Shown: piece by piece, positions 11,623-24,955 of the stretch
Position numbering within the stretch: position 1 is the first letter of the stretch
Layout: each line of letters starts with the position of its first letter
Source: Octopus sinensis
Taxonomy: Eukaryota
DNA: 64,000 nucleotides
Assembly: GCF_006345805.1 (NCBI RefSeq)
Contig: NC_043003.1
Span: 42,904,001-42,968,000 of the forward strand
Reading direction: 5' to 3'
The notes under the pieces: model-generated
What the model was told of the DNA's origin: nothing
Databases searched by the model: none
Seen by the model: the letters and a program-made list of their open reading frames with translations, nothing else
Translations under genes and position numbers: made by a program

Positions 11623-12047
11623 TGTTGGATTTTTCTCATAAGGTATTGGAATCTTACATATATACCATTCTGCCTAAAAAATGGATCTACAAATTCAATA
11701 TCTCTATATATCTCACATCGGTTTTCTTGCCTCCACCTCACTCTATTTTGTATCCTATCTAACTTCATTATTACATAACCATCCTCTCACACCGTCTCCG
11801 AAGAAGGGTATAATTAATAAATATCCTGGAAATAGCTGTAAGACCTATCTATAAATGTTCTAGCTACACAGCCTTTTTTTTTATCTCATTATGCAAAAAA
11901 TTCTTATATACACACGCTGGCATATGACCAAAGTTGAACTCCTTATTCGCAAAATCACCGAACCTGGAACTTAACTATGGCCAGTCTATAGCACTTATTC
12001 TGCATTACCTGACACCTTTGGGTCTCAATAACACCATTACCTCTTAT

Positions 12048-12102
<55 letters not shown>

Positions 12103-12106
<4 letters not shown>

Positions 12107-12292
12107 AAAGTTTACGAAAAAAACAAAAGACGAAGACAGGTGGTGTACAAAACAAACAGATGTATTAGTATAACGCACAGGAATAGAAAAAGTCTTTTAC
12201 GTTTCGAGCCTACGCTCTTCTACAGAAAAGGACACAGAAAAAAAACAAGGAGAGAAACAAGGAGAAAAAAATGTGTGTAGTGGCTAACGATA
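12103..12292 (-). mobile_element. Penelope-type terminal-repeat remnant in (TA)n
   Basis: Short non-coding insert between two (TA)n tracts, carrying a minimal hammerhead motif at 12194-12230. Confidence 0.55.
12194..12230 (-). ncRNA. Minimal type I hammerhead motif (core variant)
   Basis: CUUUU-CUGUAGA-A-GAGC(guag)GCUC-GAA-ACGU-A-AAAG. Stems I and II pair, and stem III is the palindrome ACGU. A6 is replaced by U. Confidence 0.6.
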
Positions 12293-13075
12293 TATATATA
12301 TATGTCTAAGAGTATCATTCTACTGGAGATAATGTAGTTAACTGCAGTGCTGATGGCACCTATCTTCGAAAAAGTATTGTCTATATTTGTCTTCCATACA
12401 CAATCAAATTGTCTTTTCCTTAATGACATAGTGATTTTGGAGAACTGATTCTTGAAATTATCACTCCTAATCATTAGCAGTTGTTCAGAATTTCAAAACA
12501 ACGAATGTTCTCTGGAAATGGATATAATTTCAAATAATCAATAGTTTAGTTGTGTGAATTTATTGTCTTCGACATTTACTGCATGTATATATGCATGTAA
12601 TATATAAAGTATGATGCTTATAAAATTAAGGCAAAAATTTATGGCTTCGTATACGGACGAGTGATAATACACACACACATGCGCAAATTTGCCCTATTAT
12701 GCAAATCAAACTGATCAGATTAGCAGTGTCTAAAATGACAGACTATAAATATCTATTAATCTTCACAGAAATAAGATAAATATTGCTTCTCTGCTAAAGT
12801 TCTAAGTAGATTGATGCTAAATATACGATCGAATCTATATTTTCCGCCCTTGGAGAGATGAAAAAAGAAATTCCATGAAGTAAAAGACAAATTGAATTGA
12901 GACAAGCGTACAAATCTGGACACATGTTCTGCCTCTGTTAAGAGTTCATCATATATGGTATTTATCACATGCTTGCTCATCTATATTTTTTAAAACCAAA
13001 CACTAGCCACTATGAATTATTTCCACTAGCTGTTTTATTTAGGCCATAAATGTTTTTTTTTTACTCCTTTATATA

Positions 13076-13185
13076 TACGAGGGGTGTATGAAAAGTTTTG
13101 AGCCTTGAAGTCTTATACCTTCATCAGAAGTCTTGTACCATCTTTTATTTGTTTTAGGCTCAAGTCTTTTGATACAACCCTCGTG
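13076..13185. mobile_element. Mariner-type MITE (~110 bp)
   Basis: TIRs tacgaggggtgtatgaaaagttttgagcc / ggctcaagtcttttgatacaaccctcgtg; same family as 11512-11622. Confidence 0.85.
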
Positions 13186-13276
13186 TATATATAAATATAT
13201 ATATGTGTGACCGCGTGTGTACCGTTGGCAATTTTTTCCCTCCGTCTTCCCTTCTTTGGATCTTTCCTTTTCCTAT

Positions 13277-13311
13277 GTTTCTGACGAAGACCTCCGCTCG
13301 AAACGTTAAAC
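13277..13311 (+). ncRNA. Minimal type I hammerhead motif within a Penelope-type remnant (~13200-13400)
   Basis: GUUU-CUGACGA-A-GAC(cucc)GCUC-GAA-ACGU-U-AAAC. Canonical core, stem I GUUU/AAAC, palindromic stem III; stem II has one defect. Confidence 0.65.
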
Positions 13312-13694
13312 CCTCCTTCTTTCCTTCTTTCCTGAGCGTCCAATAATACTATACTTGTTCTTCGTCCTCGCTTTTTTGTGTTTTCATGTTTGGATTAACT
13401 ATATATATATATATGTATTTGCATAATAGGGCAAATATACATAAATACCTGTATGTATGTATGTATGAAATTCTGTGGTGTAATTTCTTTTTTACTTTCG
13501 CAGTGAGTCTTCATGTGTCCCTTCTGAACATTGAAAGTACGGCTCTAACGAATCGTGTGACCAATGCGTTAACCATTAATTTCAACATTTGCAAAGCAGA
13601 ATTATTGCTAAGTCAAGAAAGAGTAACGCAAAATAAAATCAAGAGTACCATTTAACGGTAGTTTCACATCATCGAAAATAATAAAACTTAACTC

Positions 13695-13868
13695 AAGGAT
13701 GACAAGCTGACAGAATCGTTAACACACCGGCTAAACTGCTTAGCGACATTTCGTCTCTATTTATGTGTGAAGTTCAAATTCCGTCGAGGTCGACTTTGCA
13801 TTTCGTCCTTTCGGGGTCGATGAAACAAGTACCAGTCGTGCACTGGGATCGACGTAATCGACTAGACT
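13695..13868 (+). mobile_element. SINE family B, diverged
   Basis: aagttcaaattccgtcgaggtcgactttgcatttcgtcctttcggggtcgat..aagtaccag. Confidence 0.8.
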
Positions 13869-16800
13869 ATTGTCCAGAAGTAACTGTTCTTGTGCATACG
13901 TAGTTAATAATGAATTAGGAATAGTGGGAAGTAAGATCATGGAGTTGAGTTAAGGATGTGGGATCGTAGAAATATGATGGGTTGCAGAAAGAATAAGGAA
14001 GAGAAAAATGGATGAAATTCTAGACAAGCGTGTTTCTACTTTTTTTTTAACTATGGACACCTTTGATTCTTAACTTACTCGGCTGGACCCTCACAGCTAT
14101 TCTGTTTAAAAATCCTATTATATTTTTATAAATAAAAAAATTTTCAGGAATTGCATTAAACAAAATTTTAAAAACTATCGTAAATAAACCCCGATTGAGG
14201 ACCACTGTCGTAGACAGATAAAAAGATAAGAGGGAAAGATTCTATTTAGAGTAAGAAAGTGGGAAAGATGTGGGAAGCATCTGTTAAAATTATTCAGAAA
14301 CAACAAAAAGCAAAACGAGTATATATGGTAGTCAGTGAATTCCAAAATTACGAGACTATTGGTAAGGTATATGGTATTTTTAATGAAAAATTATATATAA
14401 ATAAATATATATTAATTATAATAAAAGCATCTTCTTGTCTATGTCCCACTATAAAATATTCAGTGTTTGGAGGAAACAGTTGAAATAAACTTTTAAAACG
14501 TATTGCAGTATTTTGTGGATGCAATGTGGCTGCGTTGCTGTATAATTCAGCTACAATGTAGGTTTTTGAAAGGGCTCTGTTAGAAAAAACGTAACACACA
14601 CATACAATTATACATACATATATATATACACATATACATATACGTACTTACATACATATATGCCTACATACATGCTGATATATATGCTCATATACAACTA
14701 CACAATAGGTAAACAAACAACAATGGCTAAAAACTGCTCCAAACAGTTACCAGGATAACATGCTAAATAAATAAAGGATGAGTCTGAATAAATTCAGAAA
14801 TACTATTTCGCTATAGTTTCATCTATCGAAGCAACTGCAATAGGATTGAATTAAATTTTAAAATATTGTTTATATAGTTCAAATATGTAATTACCTCTAG
14901 TTTGCATTTGCATTTATTTGTTTATTTTTTCCATATATGCAAGAAAAGATAATAATACTTGCATATTGTAGAACAGGGGTTCCGAGACCTTTTTTCACAT
15001 TCATATAACATGCATAATGGTGTCCTATAGCATACTTACCTGACACCAGTCATAAACAACTGAGGTTTTTCTTTTTTTTTTTTTCTATTCTACATTGAAA
15101 CATTAAATGCATTAAAGTCCTGTCTGAAATGCTAGAACTTACATCGCAAATTATCATAATTTCCATATATTTCTGAGTCCATTATGTAGAGAAATATGCT
15201 GTCAGTTCTAAGCATATAGCAACAGGGAAGTTTTTTTGTTTTCATGGTTTTTTTTTCTTTTCTTTCCGCTCTATTTTCATCGGAAAAGATTTATAAGAGT
15301 GGAATACTGTGGAAATGACTAAAAACCGGAATGTTGTTTGTTTAGAAAATAAAAATGACTTTTTTCTAAAAGAAAACATATTCGAAATAATAAAGTATAA
15401 TGGCTTCGCGACACACGTTTTCCCCAAAGCACTAGGTAAATAGTTCAACATAAATCCAACTAAATATCTTGTTTCATACATGAAATATGAAATACATTAA
15501 TTTTCATAAAGGAAAAATGCTTCCTCTTCTAAACGTATATTTAGTTGAAACAAAGAAAGTATCTCATTTTACGTTTTGCTTTCACTGATTTCATATTTAG
15601 CATTTATAAATATGAAAGTACATGAAAATAAGTGGAACACCCCCAAAGTGTTTATTACATAGGAAATCATAAGAATTATTTTATATCAAAACATTGTTGC
15701 ACTTATCGTTCTCTGATGCTATTTTGAAGTCTGAAAACCAAAATTCTGTTCTTATGTACTGTGAATATCCCACGTAATATTCGATTATATTATAATTATT
15801 GATAAAGATTTGTTCTTTCTTGATAACGTAAAGATATTAAAATTAATTACATTCAATATTCCGATCACAAAATGCTCAGATTTTGTTTACTATTTTTATT
15901 ATGCTTTTAACACTACAATACTCATGATTTCATTTATTTTGCAGAGTTTTAAGGAAATTACCGTCTTTTATAATCAAATTTAGGTGCAATCATATCTATG
16001 AGGTTAAGGTGTTCACTTCGCAACTCTGTAGTAGTTATGTGCTTAATTCTAGTATATAGTACTTTGCCCCTCAAGCATAGTGTGTCTATGTCTGTGAGAG
16101 TATGTGTGTTCATATGTTTGCATTAATGTGTTTAGTACATGTCTATTAAAGGAACATTATTGTTCAAAGCGAAGCTATAGTATAAAACGTTTGCTGAAGA
16201 AATCAGAATCTAATGGTTCGGTGCTGTCATTTTGCAGTCACCTGCCAATATTAGATTAGTAGAGTTTCTCTAATATAGTCCCCTTACATTTTTACATCAC
16301 TCCGACATGATTTTGAAAGATTTATAAGAATTACAGCACGAAATTTAATCAAGGATATCAACAGCAAAGGCGCAACTTTGTATATTTGTCTTTCATGTGT
16401 TTTCAAACAGGTAGCAGATGTGCAAAGCGTTGTATATAAAGAACAGTACGGCTATGATGGGGTGTTGGTCTCTTGACGTGATTCCTTATGCTAAACAAGA
16501 TTAGGTTTTTGAAAGTTTAATACAATTGGAGTGAATCCTCTATATGGCATTCGTTTCTCATATGAGTATAGCAACGATAACGATGAAAGCATTTTAAATC
16601 CAAAACCTAATAATTCTATAAAATTATAAACTAAAGTTATAAAGGATTTTTTACAGAACTGAGGCGATTTCTAGTGATTGGTTAATCACTTTTCTATCTG
16701 ACCAAAATCGTTTTTGGAATGCTCTGTATCCAATTCAAGCCTTTTCAGTTTTCAAATTACATCATATCTCGTCCCTTGAACAAGCATATTTGGTTTCAGA

Positions 16801-18234
16801 TGCGGTTCATCTGGGGCAGAAGCAAACGTCACCTTAGTTTTCATCAGATCTTTTCGAAGTCCAAAACAATGTACACGTACAGGAGAAGAGATCCATTATT
16901 TAAAAAAATATCTTGCCCTTTGTGAGTCAGGTGATCATAATGGATATAATTCTATAAATCGTAAACTAAAGTTATAAAGGAGTTTTTTTACAGAACTAAG
17001 GCGATTTCTAGTGACTGGTTAATCTGTTGTACACTAAAGGTCAAGGCCTATAGTGTATTTCATAATGTTAATACTACTGCTGTGACGTACACAGAGAAAG
17101 AAGGTGTATATGCACATCCCTATTGACACCGTTGTACATAGAAATTGGTTCTGACAGAACAGCATTAGATTTTTTAATAAGATTTAATACCAGTGACTAG
17201 CTGTCAAAAAACAATTTTTTAAAAAATGAAATAAATAATATTACTTTTTCAGAATTTTGCAAAGTGCATATCTATTCTCCAAATGAAAAGCTTTTGCTAC
17301 AGGAAAAAAAAAAATTGTTAGTAAAGGTCACCACTCAGGGCAATTTTCCTACCGCTGTCAGATAACAAATTTCATATCTGTGGTGCCAGAACGAGATCTA
17401 CATCTGCATTTAGACTCCGAGGCAACAATAGTACATGTGTGTGTCTGCAAAAATTCGAGAAGAGCCTGAGTAAAATCTTTGCCAGCTGTTTCAAATACTA
17501 GGAAAGTTGCAAAATTTTGACTTAACCCCTTCTCAACTATATCGCTATAGTATTTATCCAATGTTGTGGAACTAGTGAACCACTCCAAAGACTGGTACTC
17601 AAATCCAACCATTTCAACTGGATTCTAGTAAAAACAATTTCAGAATAACATGCCACGTCCTAAACATATATTTGATACACTCAAAAATCATACTTTTCTT
17701 TTCTCCGATCTAAAGATGCAGCCACTCTGTTCAATTATACAAAGGATATTTTGAACGATGGGCAGAGAACTTTGCAACACTTTTACATAATCCACTATTT
17801 ATAGACAGACATATTATAGAAAACCTTATTCCCGCACCGTTATTAAAGAAATGGGAGTCAAAAACAGAAAAAAGAAAGGAGAGAGAGAGAGAGGGGGGAA
17901 AAAGTGAGACAGATAGTTAGGAATTCACCTGTACCTAGATAGATAGAGAGAGGGTGAGAGAGAGATGGCGGGAGAGAAAATTGTCATTGAACTAAACAAT
18001 TGAGAAAATACCTAGGAATTGATGGTATCCATCTAAGTTAATAAACATGGTGGGAATAGTATTGGTAAGTCTGCGTCTAAGGAAACATGTTAATAAAAAT
18101 GTGTTTATGTGCATGCGCTCGTATGTGAACATGTTCCTGTGTTTCTGTGCTTGTATGTGAATGTAATCTGCGCACGCACCCTCTGAAACATGCACTTATA
18201 TTTACAAGCACATTACACACACACATAAACATGC

Positions 18235-18270
<36 letters not shown>

Positions 18271-18424
18271 TGTATATGTGTGGTGTGTGTGTATAGAATA
18301 AGATACTAACAAATACTAGGTAATTTGCAAAAATTGTGACCTCGTAGTTATTTCCTTTAAAAAAGTTTTAGAGAATTACATCCGTAACAAAAATAAGCTA
18401 TCACACACGCAAGCACACTGCTAA

Positions 18425-18482
<58 letters not shown>

Positions 18483-18596
18483 TACACACACACATACACT
18501 CACACACACACACACGCACGCACGCACGCGCGCACATACACAAACAACCACAAACGCACATGTATGTATATATATATCTATATATCTATATCTATC

Positions 18597-18633
<37 letters not shown>

Positions 18634-18714
18634 TTATATACATATCTGTGTATGAGTGCATATATATATATGGGAATGTAAGTGCTATCTTCCCTTTCTC
18701 TATCTGTCATTCAC

Positions 18715-18757
<43 letters not shown>

Positions 18758-19330
18758 CACAAACACACACATACATCTTTGCGTCTATATATAAAAAAGA
18801 AGCCCCCAATCTATATATGATGGCTAATTACAATAAACAGGCATAATGTAAGGAGGTATAAATACATTACATAGATATTGTTTTCTACTAAGTCACCACG
18901 TGCTAAGAAATCAAAATTAAGAATTTGATATATTCATATTTAATTCATTATAATACATTTACTGTCAATGTTATACTCAACTGCAGCAATAAATTCCTCC
19001 AAATATTACTGATTTACATATGCATGCATAGATACATACATACATTCATTCATGCATGTTTGTATGCACGTATGTATGTATGTATGTATTTATGTATGTA
19101 TGTATGTATGTACGTATGTATGTATGTATGTATGTATGTATGTATGTATGTATGTATGTATGTATGTATGTATGTATACATGTATGTACGCGTGAGTGTC
19201 TAGTGTACATATACATATATTACATATATTATATATATATATATATATATATACGTATGTATGTATCTTAATCATACTACCGTATATGTATATGAAAGTA
19301 AGTATATATATATACACACACACATACAAA

Positions 19331-19374
<44 letters not shown>

Positions 19375-19401
19375 CACACACACACATATATATATATTGG
19401 T

Positions 19402-19447
<46 letters not shown>

Positions 19448-20199
19448 ATATATAATAATTGTTTATGTGATTGTGTGTCTGTGAGTTTGTACTGTAATCT
19501 TTGCGGGTGTTAATAGGAGAGCGGAATGGAAATTGGATGGCTTGACCTCTGGCCAGAGCAGACCAAATTCTTAGCCAAATCGACACTAAGATTCGTAAAG
19601 TAATGACCTTTGGTGTTACGAAGAAGCATTTTTCAAGTTAATCTGATAAAAGTATATGATATATAATTAATAACTGGCAGATTTATTAGCAGTGCTAACT
19701 CCAATTACATTTTAGAATACATTGGAGATAACGTATGTATGTAAATATTATTGCCAGTACACATACTCACCGACTTAATTAGACATTGTGTATTTTCACT
19801 GAATAAATCTCCCATTTATACCAATTGAATATATACTGTGTACAATCCTTGCGTGTCTATTCACCACGTAGTATATCTTCTGTTTTCTTTAAATGTTAAA
19901 ACTTAATATATTTCTAGGTAGAGCAGTGGGTATGATTTTCGCTGCTTCATAAAGGCTAACTACTTTCTGATATATGAAAAATTTCGCTTTCGTCTCAAGT
20001 CAATATAACTACTACTCGTGGTCGATTATTATAATGCATTATACAACTACACCACCAATTTTCTGGTATTCTTGGTTCCAAAGCCTCAGTGGACCACCCG
20101 TTTACTGGACCATCCGTGATCACATAATAATTATTCCACTCACTTCTAACCAATTAATTATGCAGATTATAGCAGATGCCAGATCATCGAATGTCGAAA

Positions 20200-22130
20200 A
20201 TCAATGGTTTGTTGTATGTGGAATAGCCAATCGAGATGAAGTGGCTGAGGAGTCGAAAAGTCGTCAAAACAGAATAATGTTCTGTGTCGATATACTTAGA
20301 GATAAAAATTCAGTAAACCATTCTGTTGGTTTGAGAAAATGAAAGAGATGTGGGTTAAAGGTATTACAAAAAAAGAAAGTACCTCGTAAAAGAAATATAA
20401 GGAGGCAACCTAAACAACAGAACATACGCGAAAACACGTGGTGAGAAAAACAGTCAGCCACAAGGAATTACGGTAGGACGTACCAATACACGTAATATAC
20501 AAGAATACGATAAACAAAACAAACCTTTCTTTGATCAAAACGTTAGTAAACAAAACAATTATTCATTTTATCAAAATATTACAGGAAGAAAAACTGGGAA
20601 GAAAGCACATTCAATATTCTCAATAAATATTCCCTACTAGAAACAAAACAAACTAAAAAACATACTAGACTGTCGAATAAACCCAAAAATTTCTTTTGAC
20701 AAACTGAAAACATAAATAATATGTCCATACCTAGAAACAAAAGAAAAAAACATACCTAACTAAACACCACAACAAAAAATACAAAGCTCACCAGAGGAAA
20801 GATGTTAATAATAGAAGAAATAATAGATGAAAACCGAATCTATTTTTAGGGTCAGGACAGTAAACACCAGAGAAAGAAAAAGTCCAAGAAGAAACAATTG
20901 TGAAACAATAGATAGGATAGACCCGAAAATTATAAATCTGTCAAAAAGAAATATAGACAGTGACGAACTGCGATTATTGATGAAAGGATTAAAATTCACA
21001 CCTACACCTACAGTCAACCAATGGAGGGAGATATCCAAAACTACTACAACCAAAAGACCTTAAACTAAGACACATTATAGTTGGTCCAGCCTGTCCCACA
21101 CATCGTCACATTGACATTATCCTAAAACCACGATGTAGTCACATACTCAGTTTCATTCAAGATGACATCGATTTCCTGTTACCTCTGCCAAAACAACAGA
21201 ATCCCATTCATGGTTAGTTTTGATGTAACAAACTTATATACAAACATTCCACATGATTTGGAACTTACTGCCATAGAATATTGGGTCGAGAAACATAGAG
21301 AATCAATCCCCAGTAGATATATTGTAACCTTCATACTAGACACAGTCTGCCTCATCCTCGAAAACAATACATTCCTTTTCAATGGAAAAAAAAACATGTT
21401 CGAGGCAACCACATATCTTAAAGAAACTACTAACAAAGGCAAAATTCAACATGAACAAACAGGATAACACATTCACAGTATGGAAGTGTAATGATAACAG
21501 ACGTGGAACGTGTCAATACATACACACAGGTAGAACGAAAATGGACAGATTTTCGCAAATGCAGATATGAACTGCAAAAGCAGTAATTTGATCTACTGCA
21601 TTAAATGCGAGGAATTATATATAGACGAGACAGGGAATGCAATACTGGAACGCTCACGAGTCCACAGACAACAAATCATGAACACTAATGTTCGCCAAAT
21701 TCCACTGAGCGAACATATAGCGACATGTGGTCAGAAAATGTTTCTAATTTTTCTTTCCCGCGAATTACATGATGCACGTGGGGTTGGAAGAAAGATAAAA
21801 GAAAAACGGTTTATTAAAATGTTCAAACCTGTTCCGAACGGATATAACAGCAATGATATAACAACCAGTTAATGATGTGGATTAATAATAATAATCAAGT
21901 TACAGAATATCGGTACACCTGGCAAAATATGATGCTTAAGAGCGTGTGGATTGCTCAAAAAGGTATTCTAAAAATTCAGCTGATTGGAGCGTTCTGAAGT
22001 TGTCAAGAACTCAACTGTCAGTTAAACACATTTGCAATCTGATGAGTACACTATGTATGAAAGCTCTAATTACGTTAAAATACTATATAAAACACGTGAA
22101 AACCAGACTATTTTAACTTTATTCAACTGA
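20200..22130 (+). mobile_element. Decayed Penelope-like element (RT plus GIY-YIG endonuclease)
   Basis: KIINLSKRNIDSDELRLLMKGLKFTPTP (20930-21010); IVGPACPTH..IDIILKP; MVSFDVTNLYTNIPHD..LILENNTFLFNG (RT); NCKSSNLIYCIKCEELYIDETG..ER.RVHRQQI (GIY-YIG). Internally deleted and frameshifted; the 5' boundary is approximate. Confidence 0.9.
22034..22073 (+). ncRNA. Degenerate minimal hammerhead in the Penelope 3' terminal repeat
   Basis: GCAAU-CUGAUGA-GUACA(cua)UGUAU-GAAA-GCUC-UA-AUUAC. Canonical core with short stems; one G-U and one stem I mismatch, consistent with decay. Confidence 0.6.
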
Positions 22131-22192
22131 TATGTTATTTGTAATACACATTCAACAAAAATCGAAAAACAATATATATATATATATATATA

Positions 22193-22227
<35 letters not shown>

Positions 22228-22313
22228 ATAATAATATTAGGGAATAAATCCAAACTAGATTTAGAATTAAATCCATTTTATAGTATAAATATATTATATA
22301 TTATTATATTGAT

Positions 22314-22425
22314 TTAGAGATAAAACCACTATTAGGCAAATCAAACAGTGAAAAATATTAGCCAATACATGTATTGGCTAATGTTTTTCACTGTTTGATT
22401 TGCCTAATAGTGGTTTTATCTCTAA
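22314..22425. repeat. 112-bp loop-less palindrome
   Basis: ttagagataaaaccactattaggcaaatcaaacagtgaaaaa..acatgt..tttttcactgtttgatttgcctaatagtggttttatctctaa, with one mismatch. Confidence 0.95.
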
Positions 22426-22560
22426 TTTAATATATATAATATATATATATGAATGTAGACATTCACATGTACGCGCGTACATACTCATATGTGCATACAT
22501 ACATTCATATATATATATATATATACATACATACATATATACACACATATACATTTGTAC

Positions 22561-22610
<50 letters not shown>

Positions 22611-22611
<1 letters not shown>

Positions 22612-22710
22612 TTCTTTACTACCCACAAGGGGCTAAACACAGAGGGGACAGACAAAGGGATTAAGTCGATTACATCGACCCCAGTGCATAACTGGTACTT
22701 AATTTATCGC
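22611..22710 (-). mobile_element. SINE family B, 3' part only
   Basis: attctttactacccacaaggggctaaacacagagggg..cgaccccagtgcataactggtacttaatttatcg. Confidence 0.8.
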
Positions 22711-23019
22711 GCGCATGTGTCTCTGTGTGCGCGTGTAGGTGTGTATGTACTCTTATTTTGCCACATGATTCGGTCTTTGGACATTGGTAGGCTGGGTCGC
22801 AAACATTAAGGATGCAGTCCACCAAATGTCCCCTAGTATTTATTTTAAATGCATTATTTATCCCAGCGGACCCTTTCGCATGTAGTAAATTATAGGGAAA
22901 TACGAAAAGAAAAGAAAAAGGAGGACACAGAAAAGCAACAACAGTTTTCATAAGATGTGAGACGAACACATATATACATAGACACATAATAGAGATGCAC
23001 ACACACACACACACACACA

Positions 23020-23061
<42 letters not shown>

Positions 23062-23330
23062 ACACAACCAAACACATTCATATTTATTGACTTAAATATA
23101 CTACTTTTCGTTTGTTTGTTTGTGTGTCTGTGTGAGTTTGTGTGTGTGTGTGTGTGTTTGTGTGTGTGTTTGTGTGTGTGTATATATATATATATAAGTA
23201 CAAAGTGAGATAGGGGTTATGAGTGTAACCCACTATGGGATATCATTTATCCAATATACTGCCAGTAAAGTACACAGAAAGGTTAATACATAAATGCTAA
23301 GAATTGCAATAATCTATTCTCCATTTTTTT

Positions 23331-23431
<101 letters not shown>

Positions 23432-23504
23432 ATATATATATATATATATACATATATATATCTGTAAATATAATGTAAATATAAAAATGGTACATTATTC
23501 GAGA

Positions 23505-23570
23505 CTGATAAAAACTCCGAGTTTCGGATGTCAGGGCGGTAACCCACGCCGCCATCTTGTCAGTTATCCG
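23505..23570 (-). ncRNA. Degenerate type I hammerhead motif in a (TA)n-flanked insert (~23460-23690)
   Basis: GGAUAA-CUGACAA-GAUG.GGCGG..CCGCC..CAUC-C-GAA-ACU(cgg)AGU-U-UUUAUC. The core differs from CUGACGA by a CpG-type change; stems are recognisable. Confidence 0.5.
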
Positions 23571-23942
23571 GCCATCGAAACATGACTACCGAATAATTAC
23601 CACATATATTTACAGATAAATTCCTCTATTTACATAATATCGAGGTCTCTCTCATTCTTTTGTTGTCTTACCATTTCTATCAATATATTTATATATATCA
23701 TATATATATAATATATATATATACATATATAGGCATTGTCAATAGAAAAAGAAGGGTACTCTTAAAAATTATAATAGTAATATATTTAGAACGTTGATCG
23801 TTATGGCCGGTCAGAGAGCCACCATTCGAAGGATGCGTCCTCAGTCATTTGCGTTTGACGAGTTACTTAAAGAGCTAAGCACTTCACTAGTGCGAAACAA
23901 ATGATCACACTCTAACCGGACATAACAGTCAGCATTCCTAAA

Positions 23943-24151
<209 letters not shown>

Positions 24152-24155
24152 GTTT

Positions 24156-24955
24156 GGGATAAGCTCTACAGACACGGCTCGAGAAACACGGGGCCGACCT
24201 GCCCGAGATGCGGTCAGAGCGACGAAACCGTTCTGCACGCACTCGTTCAGTGTCCAACAATTTCCGACCTGTGGGCTTGTGTCGAACAACTGCTATCACG
24301 TGTGGGACGAGTCGGTTTATCAGCTGAGTCTATCGTCAATATTGTCACGCCTCCTTCCTTCAAACGGGAAGGAAGAGCTATTTTCATCATCCTTGTGGCT
24401 ATGGCGAAAGAATGTATCTGGTGACGCGTCTCATCAACTTCTTCAAGTACCACTTGAAAAGGAAAGTGAGAGTAGAGAGGCAAGTTTTGTCTAGCGAATG
24501 TTTTAAAAAAAGATGGGTGATGTAGCAAGAATGGCACGTATGAATGACGAAGCCAGCCACCTTGAGCATAGTCCTATGAACCCAGAAATCGAAAACAGAG
24601 AGTTGCTTATTTGCAAAAAAAAAAAAAAGAAATATAAATGTGACTTCATTGACCGAGTTTACCGTGGTCTTTTCCGTAGGCTTTTCGTTCCACGGGTAAA
24701 CCTCACCTGTCCTCCCCTTTACACTTCATATTGACATTTCTGTGATAACGATCCCTATTGATCAATTTTTTTTCCTCTCCCCCTTTTTTTTAACCCCCCT
24801 TTTTTTTGTCCTCTTTCTCTCCTTTTACGATCCCTTTTGATCGAAACTCCCCCTTCCTTTTTTTTTTTTTTTTTTTTAAACCTTCAAAAGAAAAGCCCTA
24901 CCTTGTAATTTGTTCTATCTGTGTGCAGCCCTGTGTGGCTAATAAAGAAACATAT
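24156..24955 (+). mobile_element. Tx1/L1-clade LINE 3' fragment (zf-RVT CCHC domain, ORF2 end, 3' UTR)
   Basis: [52 protein letters not shown], then [19 protein letters not shown]; 3' UTR ends in tgtggctaataaagaaa next to (TATC/TGTC)n. Confidence 0.88.

Noticed and set aside
18016-18070. Exon ending at the strong donor TTG|GTAAGT
   Set aside because: With the clearest acceptor (cctag) all three frames contain stops; it could only be non-coding.
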